Shown piece by piece: positions 39,615 through 49,746 of a DNA stretch of 64,000 nucleotides (position 1 is the stretch's first letter; each line of letters starts with the position of its first letter). Made by a program: the position numbers and the translations under genes. Origin of the DNA: an uncultured Thermoleophilia bacterium (GTDB taxonomy: Bacteria > Actinomycetota > Thermoleophilia > Gaiellales > Gaiellaceae); contig CAVPKC010000003.1 of the NCBI GenBank assembly GCA_963705605.1, forward strand, positions 281,619-345,618. Direction: 5' to 3'. Below the pieces are notes generated by a model that saw only the letters and a list, made by a program, of their open reading frames with translations, searched no databases and had not been told where the DNA came from.

Positions 39615-41497
39615 CTACGCCCGTCCGGCGCGATGAAGGGCGGCGTAGATCTGCCGCCCGGTCTTCGCGGGGATCCCGGGGACGCCCTCGAGCTCCTCCC
39701 GGGAGGCTTCGAGGAGGCGCTCGGTCGAGCCGAAGTGACGGATCAGCGCGCGCTTTCGCGCGGGGCCGACGCCGGGTAGCGCGTCGAGGATCGACTCCGG
39801 GCGCGGGCATCGCGCCGCGTGCGGTGGAAGCCGAGCGCGAACCGGTGCGCCTCGTCGCGGATCCGCTGGAGGAGCTGGAGGCCGGCGGAGTCCCGATCGA
39901 GAACGATCGGATCCGGACGGCCGGGGACGAACACCTCTTCGACCCGCTTGGCGAGCGAGATCACGGCCACACGTGGCAGGTCGAAGGCGTGCATCGCCCC
40001 GAGCGCTGCCGACAGCTGGCCCTTGCCGCCGTCGACGACGACGAGGTTCGGCACCTGGGCGAAGCCCTCGTCGTAGTCGTCGGCCGTCGCGGATCGCAGC
40101 CGCGCGAAGCGGCGCGACACGACCTCGGCCATCATCGCGAAGTCGTCCTGGCCCGCCTGATGCCGAACGGCGAACTTCCGGTAGTGCGCCTTCTTCGGCG
40201 CTGCATCCTGGAAGACGACCATCGATCCGACCGGCGACTCGTCCTGGATGTTCGAGATGTCGAAGCATTCGATCCGGATCGGCAGGCTCTCGAGGTTCAG
40301 CGCCTCCCGGAGCTCCTCGAGCGCCTCGATCCGGCGCACCCGTTTGCGCTCGTCTGCGAGCTCGTCGCTGTCGAGCGCGAGCTCGGCGTTGCGCTGCGCG
40401 AGCTCCTGCAGCCGCCGCTTCTCGCCGCGCTGGGCCGCGCGCACCTCGACGTGCGAGCCGCGACGCGCGGAGAGGAACTCCTCGAGGGCGGTGACGTCAC
40501 CCGCGACCGGTGGCACGACGACGATCGGTGGGATGCTCGGCGCGCTCCCGTAGTACTCGAGGCAGAACGCCTCGACGCAGCGTCGCCGTGTCCTGGCCGG
40601 CAACGTTCTCGAGCGTGAAGCCGTGGCGGTCGACGAGCCGGCCGTCGCGCAGCGGGAACACCTGCACGGCGGCCACGTCGCCCCGGGCAGCGAGCCCGAT
40701 GCACGTCCACGGTGCCGAGATCTCGCCGGTCCGCCGCCTGGCGCTCCGCGAGGTGCCTGACCGCGAACAGGCGGTTCCGGTACCGGGCCGCTTCCTCGAA
40801 CGCCTGCCGCTCGGCGGCGTCCTGCATCTTCCGCTCGAGCTCACGCTGGATCGGCCGGGTCTCGCCCGGAGAGGAACTCGACCACGCTGTCGATGATCGC
40901 CCCGGTACTCCTCCCTCGACACGTAGCCGACGCAAGGGGCGAGGCAGCGCTCGATGTGGTAGTCGAGGCAAGGGACGCCCGAGTGGCGACCCGGTTCCGG
41001 GCCCTCGCACGGGCCGGTACGGGAAGACCCGGTTCAGGACGTCGAGCGTCTCCCGGACCTTCTTCGCCGACGAGTAGGGGCCGAAGTAGACGACGCCGCG
41101 TCGGTGGCGCTCCCGCGTGAACATGACCCGCGGGTAGTCGTCTTCGACGGTGACCGCGATGTACGGATAGGACTTGTCGTCCCGGAGCCGGACGTTGAAC
41201 GGCGGGCGATGGCGCTTGATCAGGTTCTGCTCGAGATGCAGCGCCTCCCCCTCCGACTGGGTGACGATCACCTCGATCGCGCTCGACGCGCTCGAGCAGA
41301 CGCTCGATGCCCTGCGCGCGCATCGCCGCCCCGGAAGTAGGAGCGCACGCGGGCGCGCAGCGACTTCGCCTTGCCGACGTACAGGACGTCGTCCGCGGCT
41401 CCGCGGAACAGGTAGACGCCGGGCTGGGCGGGAAGCGCCCGCAGCTGCGCCTCGATCCGGTCCTCTCGCGACTCCGGCGGTGACGGCCATCCCGCCA
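39615..41497 (-). CDS. uvrC: Excinuclease ABC subunit C, multiple frameshifts in this assembly
   Basis: The GIY-YIG block is [30 protein letters not shown]. Then come [49 protein letters not shown] and the C-terminal HhH block [22 protein letters not shown]. They are spread over four ORFs in different frames. Confidence 0.85.
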
Positions 41498-41636
41498 AGC
41501 CGTAGCTCAGCCCGGGCGCGCCCGCCTGCCCGCGCGACGAGCGCACCCGGGCGACGGTTCCACCATACGCCGACCGACGTGCCGCAAGTGGACACGGCTG
41601 TGCCGGAAGCCGGACGGGATGGCTACGATTCGGCCG

Positions 41637-42371
41637 ATGGCAGAACACGTCGAGGCTCCGCCCCCGCAGTACGTCGCCTACACGCTACTATCGCGTCGAT
41701 CCGGCCTGGCGGCGGCTCCCGATCGAGGAGCGGATCGCGGCCAAGGAGGCGTTCGCCGAGGTCGTCGAGGCCTGGCAGGAGCGGATGCGATCCTCACCTA
41801 CAGCGTCGTCGGCGTCCGGCCCGAGGCCGACTTCTTCCTCTGGAAGCTGACCGAGCGCTACGACGATCTTCGCGACCTCGCAGCCGACCTGAACGGCACG
41901 CCGCTCGCCGGCTGGCTGTCGACGCCGCACTCGTACCTCGCGTCGACGCTGCTCCTCGAAGTACTTCGAGCGCGACCCGAAGCGCCCGCCGCGGCGGATC
42001 GTGCCGCGCCGCGCCCCGTACCTCGTCGTCTACCCGTTCGTGAAGCTGCGGCCCTGGTACTCGCTCTCGATGGAGGATCGCCGGCGCGCGATGCAGGAGC
42101 ACGCGGACATCGGCAGCCGCTTCCACGACGATCACGAACCACACGACGTACTCGTTCGGGATCGACGACCAGGAGTTCATGACCGCCTTCGAGTGCGAGG
42201 AGCCGGTCGACTTCCTCGCACCTGATGATGACGCTGCGCGAGACCGAGGCGAGCCGCTACACGGAGCGCGACACGCCGATCTTCGTCGGCACGCTCGAGG
42301 ACATCCGCTCGATCCTCGACTCGCTCGACGGCGCTCGAGCGCGCGTCGCGCGCACCGGACCGGGCCGCCTA
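41637..42371 (+). CDS. Chlorite-dismutase-family heme synthase (HemQ/ChdC-like), frameshifted in this assembly
   Basis: The blocks are [48 protein letters not shown] and [13 protein letters not shown], then [22 protein letters not shown]. They lie in three frames. Confidence 0.65.
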
Positions 42372-43603
42372 ACCGGATCCGAGCGTCCGCAGGTCGACCT
42401 CCGGGTCGCGCAGGAGGGCGGCGGCGACCGGCTGCCGCGCCCGAAGCAGGCCGCATCGAGCGACGCAGGTCACGGCCCATGTTGAGGGCGACCGCAGCGT
42501 CGGCACGCCGCCGTTCACGTAGAAGGCGACGAACCTGCGCTCCTCGAGGCAGCCGCGCACGACGAGCTCGTCCCACGATCGGTGGTGACCCGCGTACTGG
42601 AGGTTCGCGTCGTACTGGTCGGACCAGAACCAGTGGAGCTCGGCATAGGGCGCTCCCTTCCCGAGCATCGACCGCGCTGCGGCCGCGCCCTGCTCGATCG
42701 CGTTCAGCCAGTGCTCGACGCGAACCCGCTCGCCGAAGATCGGGTGGAAGTGTGCGGCCACGTCTCCGGCCGCGTAGATCCCCTCGACGGCGCGTGCGGC
42801 AGAGCTCGTCGACGACGATGCCGTTGTCGAGCTCGACGCCGGTGCCCTCGAGCGAGCTCGACGTTCGGCTCGATCCCGAGCCCGACGACGGCGAAGTCGC
42901 ACTCGATCAGGCGGCCCGCGGTCGTGCGGACTCGCTCGACGCGTCTCGTCGCCCTTCGAACGCGGCGACGCCGTCGCCGAGCAGGAGCTCGACCCCGTGC
43001 TCGCGGTGGAGCTCGGCGATCGGCCGCGCCGACCTCGGCGCCCGAGGACGCGCTCGAGCGGCGCGTCGAACGCCTCGACGGCCACGACCTCGATGCCGTT
43101 GCCGCGCAGCGGTCGCCGCGACCTCGGAGCCGATGAAGCCCATGCCGACGACGACGGCGCGCGCTCCCGGCAGCAGCTCCTCCCGGATCGCGTCGGAGTC
43201 GGCACGGGTTCGCAGATCGTGGACGCCCTGCGAGCTCGAGCCCCGGGATCGGCGGCCGCCGGTTGCGCCCGCCCGTCGTGATCAGGATCCGCTCGGCGCG
43301 CAGTCGGCGGCCGCTCGCGAGAACGACCTCCTGCGCGCGGACGTCGATCGACACGGCCCGCTCCCCGAGCACGAGCTCGATCTCCCGCTCCTCGTACAGC
43401 TCGGGCGGTCGGACGAGCGCCTTCTCGAAGGCCTGCTCGCCGCTCAGGTACTTCTTGGAGAGCGGCGGACGCTCGTAGGGGAGCTCCGGCTCGTCGCCGA
43501 CGAGCACGAGTCGCCCGTCGTAGCCTTCGTCGCGCAGCGTGACGGCCGCCGACGCCCCGGCGAGGCTCGCGCCGACGATCACGATCGACCGTGGTGGCGC
43601 CAT
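42369..43603 (-). CDS. FAD/NAD(P)-dependent oxidoreductase (ferredoxin-reductase type), frameshifted in this assembly
   Basis: IVIVGASLAGASAA..LVLVGDEPELPYERPPLSK, with C-terminal IYAAGDVA..RVEHW. The middle part is out of frame. Confidence 0.7.
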
Positions 43604-43980
43604 CAGTAGCCGTAGGTGTGCTCGTCGCGCCACACGCGCCACATCGCGAAACCGCACGCGGCGAGCACGAGGAAGAACGTGAGCGCCTCGAGACCGGTCG
43701 CCGGGTAGTCGAGCGGCGGCACGAACGCGAGCGCGAGGTTGACGAGCGCCAGGATCGCGGCCCCGTAGAAGACAGCCTGCGATCGGCGCGACCAGGTCGA
43801 GATCTCCTCTCGACGTCTCGCGCCACAGCGTGAAGAGGAAGTACGCGATCGCGACGATGAACGCGATCTGGACGACGAGGAACAGCGCCGCCAGACTGTC
43901 CTCGAGGCGAAGCGCCGTGATCAGGCCGGCGATCAGCGACGACGATCGCGAAGCCGCGGATGGTCGGGTTGATCGGTCAT
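43603..43980 (-). CDS. Small polytopic membrane protein, frameshifted. Its stop overlaps the oxidoreductase start.
   Basis: Hand translation gives ..LAALFLVVQIAFIVAIAYFLFTLWRE.. / ..AVFYGAAILALVNLALAFVPPLDYPATGLEALTFFLVLAACGFAMWRVWRDEHTYGY-stop. Confidence 0.45.
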
Positions 43981-44335
43981 GAGCCGCTCAGGTAGGCGCG
44001 GACGGCGAGCGCGGTCGCGAGCGCCGAGGCGCCCACGAACCAGCTGAGGCGCTTACGACGCCTCGCGCGGCGCGTAGATCCAGGGTGAGAGGATGACGCC
44101 CGAGCGCGAGCGCCCCGTAGAGGTAGTGGAGCCTGTCGGGTGCCCGCTGGTCGTCGGAGAGGAGCAGCAGCCCCAGCGCCACCTGGGCGACGAGCAAGGT
44201 CTGGCCAAGGGCGAGGAGATGGGCGTAGAAGCGGTGCGGCTCGCGGCGCCGCCACAGGTAGACGAGGCCGAGTGCGAACGCGATGCCGTTGACGACGATC
44301 ACGAGTAACGCGTTGACCGCGTGGAGAGTGTCCAC
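43977..44335 (-). CDS. Small polytopic membrane protein, C-terminal frameshifts. ATGA overlap with the next gene.
   Basis: MDTLHAVNALLVIVVNGIAFALGLVYLWRRREPHRFYAHLLALGQTLLVAQVALGLLLL. The tail LSWFVGASALATALAVRAYLSGS is in another frame. Confidence 0.5.
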
Positions 44336-44396
44336 GGGCTGAGCCTACCCTCGGAGGCGGAGCCCCCGGCCGGGCATGCCACAAGGCTCCGAGCCG

Positions 44397-44720
44397 TCAG
44401 GCTCGTCCACCCCGTGCTCGAGCTGGCGGTCGTACTCGGCCTGGTCGTAGTGGCCCTGCGACTCGGCGATCAGTCCATCGTCGCTGATCGCCCATTCCTC
44501 GAATCCGCTGACCCGGACGCGGTTTCCGGTTCCGTCGGGCCCGGTGTTGGTTCCGGCACCCGTTTCCTCCTTCCGTTACGGCCACGTTTCGTGGAGTCAG
44601 GGGCATCCGCCAGGAACGTCCACGGTACTCCGCCTGCGCTGCGCCATTTCAGGCGAAACATGGCACTCACCGATGCGTCGGAATCGTCACGCTCCTCGAG
44701 CGTCGCACTGTGCAGCCGAC
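44397..44720 (-). pseudogene. SnoaL/NTF2-like protein remnant or frameshifted gene
   Basis: The C-terminal frame reads TGNRVRVSGFEEWAISDDGLIAESQGHYDQAEYDRQL, a typical NTF2-fold C terminus. The upstream part is in other frames. The left boundary is approximate. Confidence 0.35.
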
Positions 44721-44813
44721 GAGCTACGCTCGGCTTGACCCTCGAAAGGAGGGTGTCACGGCCGCCATGCGTGAACGCGGACAATGCCAACTACACGACG
44801 ATGGGAGGAACGC

Positions 44814-45284
44814 TTGCCGATCGAGGAAGGAAGCCCCGCCCCCGACTTCTCGCTCGTCTCGGATTCGGGGAAGACGGTGAATCTCTCCGACTTCAGAGGG
44901 CGCCCGGTCGTCCTCTACTTCTATCCGAAGGACGACACTCCCGGATGCACCAAGGAAGCCTGCGGCTTCCGGGACGCCTACGCCGACTACGAGGCTCTGG
45001 GCGCGGTCATCCTCGGAGTCAGTCCGGACGGGGAGACATCTCACGCGCGGTTCAAGGAGAAGTTCGAGCTGCCGTTCACGCTGCTTGCCGATCCCGACCG
45101 GTCGGCCGCCGAGGCGTACGACGTGTGGCGAGAGAAGACGACGTACGGCAAGAAGGCAATGGGGATCGTCCGCTCGACCTTCGTGATCGACGGCGACGGG
45201 AAGGTCGTCCGGGCGATGTACGGGGTCAAGCCCGACGGCCACGCCGAAAAGGTGCTCTCAGCACTTGCCACAGGAGGAGGATGA
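44814..45284 (+). CDS. bcp: Thioredoxin-dependent thiol peroxidase (peroxiredoxin Bcp)
   Basis: GGGAGGA then TTG gives (M)PIEEGSPAPDFSL..FRGRPVVLYFYPKDDTPGCTKEAC. Confidence 0.85.
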   Translation: MPIEEGSPAPDFSLVSDSGKTVNLSDFRGRPVVLYFYPKDDTPGCTKEACGFRDAYADYEALGAVILGVSPDGETSHARFKEKFELPFTLLADPDRSAAEAYDVWREKTTYGKKAMGIVRSTFVIDGDGKVVRAMYGVKPDGHAEKVLSALATGGG

Positions 45285-45679
45285 CGGCCGTGGGGTACAC
45301 GATCGTTCGCCCCGAGGAGCGGCGCTTCGCGACGCCGAGCTGGCGTCCGGACGACCCTGCCCGGACGCTCGTCGAGCTCCCCCAGCTCGCCACGCTGCGC
45401 CATTCCCGCGCGCATCTCTGGCGGTATCCCCCGGGCGCCAGCGGGCACCGCCACCGCGAGCGGGTGCAGGAGGAGGTCTTCGTCGTCCTCGACGGCACGC
45501 TGAGCATGGAGCTCGGCGACGAGCACGAGCGCGTCGACCTGGCCCCCGGGTCCATCGTCGTCGTGGAGCCGGGCACGACGATCCGCGTCTTCAACGCGTC
45601 CGACAGGGAGGTTCTGCTGTTCGCCTACGGCGCACCGGGCGAGCAGGGCACCGCCGACGTCGTCGAGCGCGCCTGGTAG
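45281..45679 (+). CDS. Cupin domain protein, ATGA-coupled to bcp
   Basis: MTAVGYTIVRP..HRH.ERVQEEVFVVLDGTL.ME.......L.PGS.VVVEPGT. Confidence 0.65.
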   Translation: MTAVGYTIVRPEERRFATPSWRPDDPARTLVELPQLATLRHSRAHLWRYPPGASGHRHRERVQEEVFVVLDGTLSMELGDEHERVDLAPGSIVVVEPGTTIRVFNASDREVLLFAYGAPGEQGTADVVERAW

Positions 45680-45682
45680 TCG

Positions 45683-46660
45683 CTACGCCGGCGACACGCC
45701 GCGTCGGCGCGCCACCAGCTGCTCACCCGCGTGGCAGAGGCCCGCGACGAGCACGACGGCGACACCGGCGAAGATCACGAGCAGCTGCGCGCTGATCGCG
45801 AAATCGACCGCGGTGTGCGTGCTCACACCGCTCGCGACGAGCAGGGCCGCGCCACCGCCCACCTGGGCGGCCGCACCGGCGGCAGGTGCGATCGGGAGAG
45901 CGCTGGCGGCAGCAGAGGCGCACAGGAAACCGATCGCGAGCGGGAAGGAGAGGCTCATGCCCATCGCCGCGAGGAGGAGGTACAGACCGACCGCGCGGAC
46001 GACCCACGACCCGAAGATGAAGAGAACCGCCGCACGCGCCTCGCGGAGCGGGATCAGGCGTTCCTGGATCCAGCGGGCCAGGCGGAAACGGATGAGACGT
46101 CCGCTGGCCATCAGTCGGGGCAGCAGCATGACGAGCAGTCCCGCGGCGAGCCCGGTCGCTGCGACGACCCCGAGGCCCGCCTGGGTCACCGCCGTGTCCG
46201 ACGTCGCCGCAGCCGAGGTCGCGATCGGCATCATCGCGACCGCGTCGAGGAGCCCGACGAAGAACAGCGAGAGCGCGAGCGTCGAGACCTTGGCCGGACA
46301 GCTCGGGTAGCGCCTGATGACGGCGATGCGCACGACCTCGTCGAACCGCCCGGGCAGTGCCGCGCCCGTGACGGAGGCGGCGCCGTTCGCGCAGGCTAGC
46401 GACATCGCGCCTGGGCGCTCCGCGGGGCGGAACACCCGCTGCCAGCCCCACGCCTTCAGCGGATAGGCCAGGACGACGAGGAAGCCGGCCGCGGCGGCCA
46501 GCAACGGGTCGACGTGCTGGAGCGGCCAGCCGGTCGACGCGAAATGCCGGGCGGCGAGCACCGTGACGCCGAGCGCGACGAGCGTGATGCTGACGTTGAG
46601 GATTCGGCGCCCGCGCGACGTACGAGCCCACAGCCGCGCCGGCTCGGTCGCCTCGAACAT
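45683..46660 (-). CDS. Flippase-like (UPF0104/LPG-synthase TM domain) membrane protein
   Basis: 325-aa polytopic ORF. The family call is based on general architecture and is tentative. Confidence 0.55.
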   Translation of the reverse strand: MFEATEPARLWARTSRGRRILNVSITLVALGVTVLAARHFASTGWPLQHVDPLLAAAAGFLVVLAYPLKAWGWQRVFRPAERPGAMSLACANGAASVTGAALPGRFDEVVRIAVIRRYPSCPAKVSTLALSLFFVGLLDAVAMMPIATSAAATSDTAVTQAGLGVVAATGLAAGLLVMLLPRLMASGRLIRFRLARWIQERLIPLREARAAVLFIFGSWVVRAVGLYLLLAAMGMSLSFPLAIGFLCASAAASALPIAPAAGAAAQVGGGAALLVASGVSTHTAVDFAISAQLLVIFAGVAVVLVAGLCHAGEQLVARRRGVSPA

Positions 46661-46758
46661 CGTTCCGAGGACACGAAAGACGCGAGCTCCTGCCGGCTGG
46701 GCGGGAGTCTCGGGATGATCTGACGTGTCTACGAGAAAATCCTAGGGTTCGGCTTGAG

Positions 46759-46842
46759 TGCGGATGAGAGGAATCGAACCTCCACGGGGTTACCCCCACA
46801 CGGACCTGAACCGTGCGCGTCTACCAGTTCCGCCACATCCGC
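46759..46842 (-). tRNA. tRNA-Leu (anticodon CAG)
   Basis: GCGGATG TG GCGG AACTGGTAGA CGCG CACGG TTCAGGT CCGTG, a long variable arm, GAGG TTCGATT CCTC, then TCATCCGCA. Folded by hand. Confidence 0.85.
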
Positions 46843-46899
46843 GTGGCCGTGACACCCATCATACCTCCCGCCCCGGCGCCGAGCGGCGGAAGCGATGTT

Positions 46900-49367
46900 T
46901 CGCGAGGGTTAAGGCTGTGGCTCGACACGGTCGACTCGACGCTCTCGGGGTACGATCGAGCGATCCTTCGCCGCGCCCTCTGCCTCCTCCTCCTTACGCT
47001 CGCTCTCCTTCTGCCCGGTTCTGCCGCGGCGAGGCCCGCGGAGCCGGCGGCGGCACCGGTCCGTGTGATCGTCGCCCTCGACGAGCCCGCCGCCGCGCGG
47101 GCGCTGGCGACCGGGGCGGGACGAGACGCACTCCGCTCGATCGATGTCGCCCAGCGGCGCGCGCTGGCGCGGATCCTGGCGGCCTCGCCGACCGCCGAGG
47201 TCAGCTGGCGCTACCGGATCGTCCTCGACGGCCTGGCGTTGACGCTACCGCCCGGCGACGTCGCTCGCGTCGCCGCGCTGCCCGGGGTCGCGGCCGTGTA
47301 TCCGAGCGTTCGCTACCAGGCCCTGGGCGGAGCTCCGGAGCTGATCGGAGCGCCGGCGATCTGGGGCGCCGGGCTCGAGAACGCCGGGCGCGGCATCAAG
47401 ATCGGGATCATCGACGACGGGATCGATCCGTCCCACCCTTTCTTCGACCCCTCCGGGTACTCGATGCCGGAAGGCTTCCCGCGCGGAGACTCGTCCTTCA
47501 CGAGTGCCAAGGTGATCGTCGCGCGGGCGTTCGCCCCTCCCGACGCCGGGTGGCCGGGCTCGGCGCGGCCGTTCGACGCCGAGCTTTCCTTCCACGGAAC
47601 ACACGTCGCGGGCATCGCAGCCGGTGACGCTGGAACCGTTGCCCCCGCGGCCGGCGGCAGGCCTCGAACGCAGCTCTCGGGCGTGGCCCCGCTCGCCTAT
47701 CTCGGCAACTACAAGGCGCTGACCGTGCCGACGGCGTCCGGCGTGGGGCTGAACGGCAACTCGCCCGAGATCGTCGCGGCGATCGAGGCAGCCGTCGCCG
47801 ACGGGATGGACGTGATCAACCTGTCGCTCGGAGAGCCGGAGATCGACCCCGCGCGCGACGCCGTGGCGAAGGCGCTCGACAACGCCGCGGCAGCAGGCGT
47901 CGTGCCCGTCGTCGCCGCAGGGAACGATTTCGGCGAGCTCGGCGTCGGATCGGTCGGGTCGCCGGGCACGTCGGCCCGGGCGATCACCGTCGGCGCCGCG
48001 GAGACGGCCAGTGCCATGGCTTCCTTCAGCGCGAGCGGACCGACACCCCTCGGCCTCCTCGCGAAGCCCGATGTCAGCGCCCCCGGAGTCGACATCCTCT
48101 CGTCGGTCCCGGGCGACGACGTTCGAGGCGCTCTCCGGAACGAGCATGGCGGCGCCGCAGGTCGCCGGGGCAGCGGCGCTGCTGCTCGAGGAGCACCCCG
48201 ACTGGACGGCAGAGCAGGTCAAGTCCGCGCTCGTCCTCACCGGACGGGCAGTGGGAGATGCCCCGAGCGCGAGGCAGGGCGGCGGGCTCGTCGATCTCCC
48301 CGATGCGACGAACCCCTTGCTCTTCGCCTCGCCACAGAGCCTCGCATTCGGGCTGGTGGACGTCTCGACCGGCAGCACCGGCGCAACCCGCACGATCACG
48401 CTCGAGGACGGTGGGGGCGGGTCCGGAGCAATGGACGGTTCGCGTCGCTCGTCAGTGGACCGGCAACGGCGTCGAGCTCGGGGTGCCCGGCACCGTCGAG
48501 GTACCCGGGGAGCTGTCGGTGAGCATGGCGGCTGCTGCCGGCGCACCCGAAGGCGAACGAACCGGGTTCGTCGTGCTCGAGCGCGCGGGCGAGACACGGC
48601 GCCTCCCCTTCTGGTTCCGCGTCGTCCGCCCACGGCTCCCGGGGGAGCCGTTCCGCGAGCTCGATCGGACCGGCACATACGAGTCGACGACCGTCGGCGG
48701 GCCCTCACGCGTCGATCGCTACCGGTACCCGGACGCCGACCCATTGCTCTTCGGGCGTCTCACGGGACCCGAGCGGGTGTTCAGGGTCGAGCTCGACCGC
48801 CCCGTCGCCAATCTCGGCGTCGCCGTGGTCGGCTCGGGCTCCGGGGTCCAGGTCGAGGCCCGGATCGTCGCCGGGGCCAACGAGAACCGCCTCACCGGTG
48901 CGACCTCGTTGCCCTACGTCGCGAACCCGTACCTCGCCCGCTTCCTCGAGCCGGTCGCGAGCGCCGCCGCGCTCCTACCGTCCGCAGGCAGCTACTCGAT
49001 CGTCTTCGACACCGCCCGGGCGAGCGACGCCGGCAGCTTTCGCTTCCGGCTGTGGATCGACGACGTGACGCCCCCCTCGGTCGCCCTCGTCTCGCGGGTC
49101 GCCTCGGCAGGGCGCCTCCTCGCGCGCGTGGCCGACTCCGGCGCCGGCGTCGACCCCGCCGGCATCGTCTACCGGATCGACGACCGCGCGCCCCGCACGG
49201 GGCGGCTGCGAGGACGGCTCGCGATCCTCGACCTCCCGGCCCTCAGATCGGGCCGTCACCGGCTGACCCTCCAGGTCTCCGACCGCCAGGAGGCCAAGAA
49301 CAACGAGAACGTCGCGGAGATCCTCCCCAACACACGGGTCGTCGAGACGACGTTCCGCGTTCGCTGA
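46900..49367 (+). CDS. Secreted S8 (subtilisin-like) serine peptidase with a large C-terminal extension. Two frameshifts. The start is uncertain.
   Basis: The signal peptide is LCLLLLTLALLLPGSAAA. The Asp block is GIIDDGID and the His block is HGTHVAGIAAG. The Ser block SGTSMAAPQVAGAAALL is in the ORF 48011 frame. The C-terminal domain is in ORF 48258..49367. Confidence 0.8.
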
Positions 49368-49441
49368 CATCCCGAATCGGTAGGGATCGCGGCAGAGCGG
49401 ATCGCCGCGAGATCGGCCTCCGGCCGATTCGCGGCAGAGCG

Positions 49442-49684
49442 CTACGGTCGCCGCGGGTCGTCGTGCTCCTCGATGACCGGCAGCTGTTCGAGATCGCGCT
49501 TCACGCTCTCCGCGAAGTCGTCCCGATCGCCCTGGATCACCCGGAGCTGCGTCTTCCTGCGGTCACGCTCGCGCCGCACTCGTGCCTCCCCGCCGGCTCG
49601 GGCCCTCGCGGTCAGCCGCGACCATTCGGCGCCGATGACGATGAGCACGGCGCACGCGATCAGCACGACCGCAAGCACGCTCAC
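49442..49684 (-). CDS. Small membrane-anchored hypothetical protein
   Basis: 80-aa ORF with an N-terminal helix (VLAVVLIACAVLIVIGA) and a charged tail. Confidence 0.45.
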   Translation of the reverse strand: MSVLAVVLIACAVLIVIGAEWSRLTARARAGGEARVRRERDRRKTQLRVIQGDRDDFAESVKRDLEQLPVIEEHDDPRRP

Positions 49685-49746
49685 GTTCGCACTCTAGCAC
49701 CGCGCGGACAGCCCGACAGGCTCGCCGGCGATAGGCTCCGAACGTC

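Noticed and set aside
44366-44372. An extra GGGCATG heptamer near 44.37 kb as a third member of the island-end motif
   Set aside because: It is a single heptamer without the paired N4 arrangement or the GACGTTT flank, and is expected by chance in this composition.
25403-44720. Programmed ribosomal frameshifting or genuine genome decay as the explanation for the broken housekeeping genes
   Set aside because: - There are too many sites per gene.
- No slippery-heptamer pattern is evident at the junctions inspected.
- Compensating shifts occur ~100 nt apart.
- Essential single-copy functions are affected.
- Consensus error is far more likely, but this needs read-level confirmation.
46813-46899. 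The ORF-track start of the S8 peptidase at 46813
   Set aside because: - That start overlaps tRNA-Leu (46759-46842).
- The signal peptide begins much later.
- I could not identify a convincing canonical start codon, so the 5' end is left approximate.
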